Shown here in pieces: positions 37,925 through 41,244 of a stretch of DNA of 41,244 bases. The stretch is taken from positions 1-41,244 of IMG/VR virus record IMGVR_UViG_3300045988_176248; one strand, 5' to 3'. The stretch comes from a virus. The position numbers and the translations under genes are program-made. The stretch's first letter is position 1, and each line of letters opens with the position of its first letter. Below the pieces are notes generated by a model. That model was given only the letters and a program-made list of their open reading frames with translations, had not been told where the DNA came from and did not search any database.

Positions 37925-37941
37925 ATTGTGGCCTCCTTGAG

Positions 37942-38433
37942 TTACAAGCAGTAGAACTTATAGTATCCTGTAAAGTCTACCGTCTTTGTGATTACATTAG
38001 CTAATTTAGCACTGACACTAAGCAAGTTGCCCTCTTGGTCAACCATATAATAGCAGTTGTACTGGCAGTCGCCGCCGGAAACTGCGAAAGTTAATTGACG
38101 AGTCTTAATAGACCACGCCAGTGACTCATCTTGTAGCACGTCCCAATCTGTGGTGGAAGGTACTGTGAGGGTTACTGGAGTATAGTTAGTTGACTCAACA
38201 ATGTCGCTTAACTCAGTCGTCTTGTCAAAGGCCTCGGATATCTGGCCTAACTTAATTGTGACTGAGGTAATAGCACGCTGTCCCTTAAACATAGCTTTAA
38301 GCACTTCTTCCTCGAGTGTGCCACTTACCATATTAGGTGCTGTAGCGTCATCAAAAACATAAGTACCTCCGAATAGTTTCTTACGACCGCCTTTCTTGCT
38401 GCCGCACTTACTTTTCTCTGCTGAAAATTCCAT
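37942..38433 (-). CDS. Hypothetical structural protein
   Basis: 163-aa ORF with SD ggagg, in the late block. Confidence 0.6.
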   Translation of the reverse strand: MEFSAEKSKCGSKKGGRKKLFGGTYVFDDATAPNMVSGTLEEEVLKAMFKGQRAITSVTIKLGQISEAFDKTTELSDIVESTNYTPVTLTVPSTTDWDVLQDESLAWSIKTRQLTFAVSGGDCQYNCYYMVDQEGNLLSVSAKLANVITKTVDFTGYYKFYCL

Positions 38434-38438
38434 CTTAA

Positions 38439-38585
38439 TTAACCTCCATTCTGATTAACGCCCGCAGCTTCTTCGAGGGCTTGAAGCCGCTCTTCAATTA
38501 TCTGCAGGTTATAATTAAGTTGCTCTATTAAATCATTGCTCTCTTCCTCATAGAGAGGTAATTGGAGCGTTTTTACATCAGCCAT
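38439..38585 (-). CDS. Small hypothetical protein (48 aa)
   Basis: The internal ATG at 38585 has a strong SD (agaggaggtaattgagATG). The longer track ORF (to 38708) overlaps the upstream gene by 107 nt. Confidence 0.45.
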   Translation of the reverse strand: MADVKTLQLPLYEEESNDLIEQLNYNLQIIEERLQALEEAAGVNQNGG

Positions 38586-38601
38586 CTCAATTACCTCCTC
38601 T

Positions 38602-39333
38602 CTAATACCCAAAGTTAGCGTAGCGCTCGTTCTGAACAAGTACAGCAAACAGCTGGTTGAACTCGGCGAATTCACGCTTGAAACGTTCGGAGTCGTCAAG
38701 TAAGCCATACAACTTACTTAGCGTTCCAGAAATTACCACGTCCTTGTAATCCCTGAGCAGCCAGTTTCCGTAGGCCGCCAATTCTTCTTCGCGTTCATTA
38801 ACTTCTTCTAAGTTAAGCACCTTCCATTCGTCGCTTTGGGCATCTTCTCTGACTAGCCACTCATTAGATGACCAGTCGTATTTAACCAGTCGCTCAGCTT
38901 CTGGGATATATTCGAACTTCTTTGGGAAGCTGTAATATGTTATCTCAATTGACGTCGGCTCTTCATTAACAAGAATATCGTAAACGCCCCCGCCGAAGAC
39001 AAAGACATACTTCTCGCCCACTTTGTACCAGTAGTTGTTAAGCGAGTTCTGCCCAACACTAGGCTGATTGTTTGGCGGGTATAATCCAAGCGGCTTGTAG
39101 CAGACAGAGTTAATTAACCTCACATCTGGATTGCGCCTCCATACCCACTTTGCAGCACTCTGCATTTCCAAGTTAGGCATGTCAGGTGTCAATTCAAGTT
39201 GCTTCAAATCGCTTTGGAAATACTGCTTACTGTGAATCCTTGAGATAATTCCCTGAGCCAATTTAACAACAATGTCTTTCATATCAATTCTATTTGACAG
39301 CTGGCAGACATCGTCCACAATTTGACTAAACAT
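38602..39333 (-). CDS. Putative head-tail adaptor / connector protein (by position)
   Basis: 243-aa ORF. First gene after the terminator that follows the capsid operon. Confidence 0.3.
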   Translation of the reverse strand: MFSQIVDDVCQLSNRIDMKDIVVKLAQGIISRIHSKQYFQSDLKQLELTPDMPNLEMQSAAKWVWRRNPDVRLINSVCYKPLGLYPPNNQPSVGQNSLNNYWYKVGEKYVFVFGGGVYDILVNEEPTSIEITYYSFPKKFEYIPEAERLVKYDWSSNEWLVREDAQSDEWKVLNLEEVNEREEELAAYGNWLLRDYKDVVISGTLSKLYGLLDDSERFKREFAEFNQLFAVLVQNERYANFGY

Positions 39334-39352
39334 CTCAATTACCTTTCATACG

Positions 39353-39388
39353 AAAAAAGCCCCAAGGCGTTTCTGCCTCAGGGCTTTT
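39353..39388 (-). terminator. Rho-independent terminator after the capsid genes
   Basis: On the minus strand: agccctgaggc - agaaac - gccttggggct (two mismatches) followed by tttttt. The top strand also ends in tttt. Confidence 0.7.
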
Positions 39389-39399
39389 AATTACCTTTG

Positions 39400-39717
39400 T
39401 TACTTAACAGACGGCAACGGATTCGAGCCCTTAACTAAGTTATTAAAGTTAAATGACTGCGCCGAGCCCACATTGCCAGTGCCAAGTTCATTGCCTTCAT
39501 CATGTCCCTTGGCCGCTTCCTCATCTGCCTGCTGCTTTTCAGCGTCAGACTTAATTGCCTCAACAGAAGCAAATTTAGAAAGCTCCTTGGAAAACGGCCC
39601 GACTTCTTCGTCTGTTTCCAGCTCAATGAAGCCAATGCCATTTTCCAACTTAATGTGCCCTTTGGAGGTAATGAGGCTTCGCAGGTTCTTATTATAGACT
39701 CTAATTACGCACTGCAT
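39400..39717 (-). CDS. Hypothetical protein downstream of the capsid gene (possible decoration or head protein)
   Basis: 105-aa ORF with SD ggaggtgcttatATG. Acidic, low-complexity C-terminal half. Confidence 0.55.
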   Translation of the reverse strand: MQCVIRVYNKNLRSLITSKGHIKLENGIGFIELETDEEVGPFSKELSKFASVEAIKSDAEKQQADEEAAKGHDEGNELGTGNVGSAQSFNFNNLVKGSNPLPSVK

Positions 39718-39739
39718 ATAAGCACCTCCTAATTGAAAA

Positions 39740-40891
39740 TTATTCCAAGTAGATGTTACTCAGAACACCACCCGTATTTTCATCCGCATACTCAAGGGTG
39801 AGCTCAGAGGTAATTACGTTGGCCTGACCGTCCATACCTACCGGAGTCGCGTCCTTGATTTCGGCGTCGGTCATATAACCAATCTTAATCAAGCCCGGGT
39901 GGTAAACCAGCATCGATTTGTTAAGCGACTCAGTCTGGCTGAACAGCGGGTGAGCAAGAATCTTAACTTCCTGCATTCCAGGCAACTGAAGCGCATAAAC
40001 GTCGAGGCCATATACTTTAGTCGCAGTCCCAATCGGGTAATACGAGCTGCCAGCATCTCTAATGAGTTTATTAAGAATATAAAGTACATTGAGAGAAGTC
40101 ATAACGACGCGTTCATTAGGAACACCCTCGGGGCAGGTCTCGAAGTTACCGTACAGCCATTCCTGAATTGAGTCCAGAGTTGCAGCAGCGGCCAATGCAG
40201 TGTTGTTTTTAACAATGCTCATCAAGCCGTCCATCGTACTCAGCACTTCAGAGCCATCAACCTGATTAAGAGATTTACGGCCAAGCAGCAAAGCCATCTC
40301 GATGTCCTGTGCGTGCATTGACACGGCATCTTCTTTATTCTCCGTTGCCTTGTTTCCAGTAATGAACTTAATGTACTCAGCTGTGCGAGTCGTGCCCCAG
40401 CCATTACGGAAAATCTGGCTGTAATTCATACGGGGAACGCCACGGCGGTACTTAGGATTCGGTGCCAATGAACCTTCTTTTTTGGCAGTACCCAAGTAAA
40501 GCAGTTCGTCATTCTGAGTTACTGCGGCTGCCGTCGATTCAGCAAAGCCACGAACGACAGTCAGGGTGTTACCGGACACGGCGCTAACGAACATATATTC
40601 ATTAGTCTTGGTGTTCATAATCACCGAAGACGGTTCAACCACAGCACCTTTATCTACTGTGATGGAAGTTGCTGTGTTGTTTGCCGCAGCCGAGGCAATT
40701 AACTTCGAGCTATACGGCTGCTTCATGAACCAGTAGTGGATTTTGGAAGTCAGCTGAAACTGAGCGGAACCCGAACTCAATGCGAATATCGGGGCAGTAC
40801 CGGCCAGCTGAGACCGGAACAATTTACTATTGAAGCTATCAAGCCGCTCAGCATTGATACCTCCTTGAGATGAAAAGATTCCTGGAATCAT
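39740..40891 (-). CDS. Major capsid protein
   Basis: 383-aa ORF with strong SD (aaaggagtaaatagATG), immediately after the scaffold-like gene and followed by a strong terminator. Size fits HK97-fold capsid proteins. Assignment by position. Confidence 0.65.
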   Translation of the reverse strand: MIPGIFSSQGGINAERLDSFNSKLFRSQLAGTAPIFALSSGSAQFQLTSKIHYWFMKQPYSSKLIASAAANNTATSITVDKGAVVEPSSVIMNTKTNEYMFVSAVSGNTLTVVRGFAESTAAAVTQNDELLYLGTAKKEGSLAPNPKYRRGVPRMNYSQIFRNGWGTTRTAEYIKFITGNKATENKEDAVSMHAQDIEMALLLGRKSLNQVDGSEVLSTMDGLMSIVKNNTALAAAATLDSIQEWLYGNFETCPEGVPNERVVMTSLNVLYILNKLIRDAGSSYYPIGTATKVYGLDVYALQLPGMQEVKILAHPLFSQTESLNKSMLVYHPGLIKIGYMTDAEIKDATPVGMDGQANVITSELTLEYADENTGGVLSNIYLE

Positions 40892-40912
40892 CTATTTACT
40901 CCTTTGTTAAAT

Positions 40913-41244
40913 TTACTTACTAATCAACAAGTTACCGAAGAGGCCATCAAGGTCTTTACGATGCTTGTCAGCTGCTTTTTCCTCAGCGCCTTTACTTGAT
41001 AGCTTGTTACTGAAGTCCTGCAAAAAGGTCTTAGTTGCTTCAGTTGCCTCGTCAAGCGACTTACCCTGCTGCAAAAACCCTTTCATTACCTGAGTAATAA
41101 TCGGGGCGGCACTTGGGTCTTTCATCAATGGAATCTCCCGAGTGGCCTTGTCTAATTGACTCCTGCTTGAAACGGCCGCCTGAATCCTGTTGCTGACATT
41201 GCTGTCATAAGCATTAAGGCGGTTTTCAATGGCTTTGTCAATTA
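40913..41244 (-). CDS. Putative scaffolding protein, 3' (C-terminal) part. Continuation of 1..422 across the junction; 41190-41244 duplicates 1-55.
   Basis: Open frame through 41129-41244 on the minus strand, in phase with the ATG at 422. The track shows only the internal-Met piece 40913..41128. Confidence 0.6.
   Translation of the reverse strand, partial: IDKAIENRLNAYDSNVSNRIQAAVSSRSQLDKATREIPLMKDPSAAPIITQVMKGFLQQGKSLDEATEATKTFLQDFSNKLSSKGAEEKAADKHRKDLDGLFGNLLISK
41190..41244. repeat. Terminal overlap, copy 2: identical to 1-55.
   Basis: Same 55-mer as positions 1-55. A minus-strand ORF reads in frame across the join. Confidence 0.95.

Noticed and set aside
11632-38708. The longer N-terminal extensions offered by the ORF track (11632, 12179, 19634, 30168, 38708)
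   Set aside because: In each case an internal ATG has a clear SD matching neighbouring genes. The extension overlaps the upstream gene or lacks an SD.
937-40171. Many 60-120-aa ORFs on the opposite strand or in alternative frames inside large genes. Examples: 937..1191, 2710..3254, 3426..3867, 4260..4526, 4972..5241, 6962..7201, 8865..9233, 22202..25135, 25476..26204, 31719..32006, 39435..39732, 39889..40171.
   Set aside because: They are fully embedded in longer ORFs that have recognisable motifs or good SDs. They have no SD of their own, and their composition is that of antisense translation (Ser/Leu/Arg/Cys-rich).
1-41244. Stop-codon reassignment or an alternative genetic code as the explanation for the TAA/TGA-rich motif
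   Set aside because: All large genes are open and motif-complete under the standard code, stops are ordinary TAA/TAG/TGA, and the motif is placed only in stop-free frames within genes.
1-41244. tRNA genes, CRISPR arrays, integrase/attP, IS elements
   Set aside because: I saw no cloverleaf-like sequence with a GTTCRAATC T-loop, no regularly spaced direct repeats, and no recombinase or transposase-like ORF on either strand.

Overview
The window is a complete phage genome. The first 55 bp (1-55) are identical to the last 55 bp (41190-41244), so the unique length is about 41,189 bp. It is either circularly closed or circularly permuted.

There are two transcription blocks. The plus block (6173-21898) carries early and replication genes: an SF1 Dda/RecD-like helicase, a Cas4-like PD-(D/E)XK nuclease, an AAA_24/Sak4-like ATPase, a family A DNA polymerase with 3'-5' exonuclease, a VirE-like P-loop protein, and a T4-type lysozyme as the last gene. 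The minus block starts at 5561 and runs leftwards across the junction to 21982. In order it carries an unknown 299-aa protein, a TerS-like protein, TerL, portal, a scaffold gene split by the window edge, major capsid, tail and fibre genes, a holin plus overlapping spanins, and three internal-core-like proteins of 206, 587 and 1771 aa.

The blocks diverge from a 610-bp control region (5562-6172) that has sigma70-type promoters. They converge on a bidirectional terminator at about 21.9 kb.

I could not recognise an integrase, repressor, phage RNA polymerase, primase, tail tube or sheath, tRNA or CRISPR array. By inference this is a virulent, podovirus-like phage of a Gram-negative host that depends on the host RNA polymerase.

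The most unusual signal is at the DNA level. The genome is saturated with a degenerate palindromic octamer, TYAATTRA, which includes the PacI site TTAATTAA. I hand-counted roughly 1.3-3.3 copies per kb against about 0.1 per kb expected. A second palindrome, AAGTWACTT, shares the same AGT...ACT arms. Both occur in coding and non-coding DNA and on both strands, in the manner of a highly iterated palindrome. Copies cluster in the two large non-coding regions, which also carry long imperfect palindromes.
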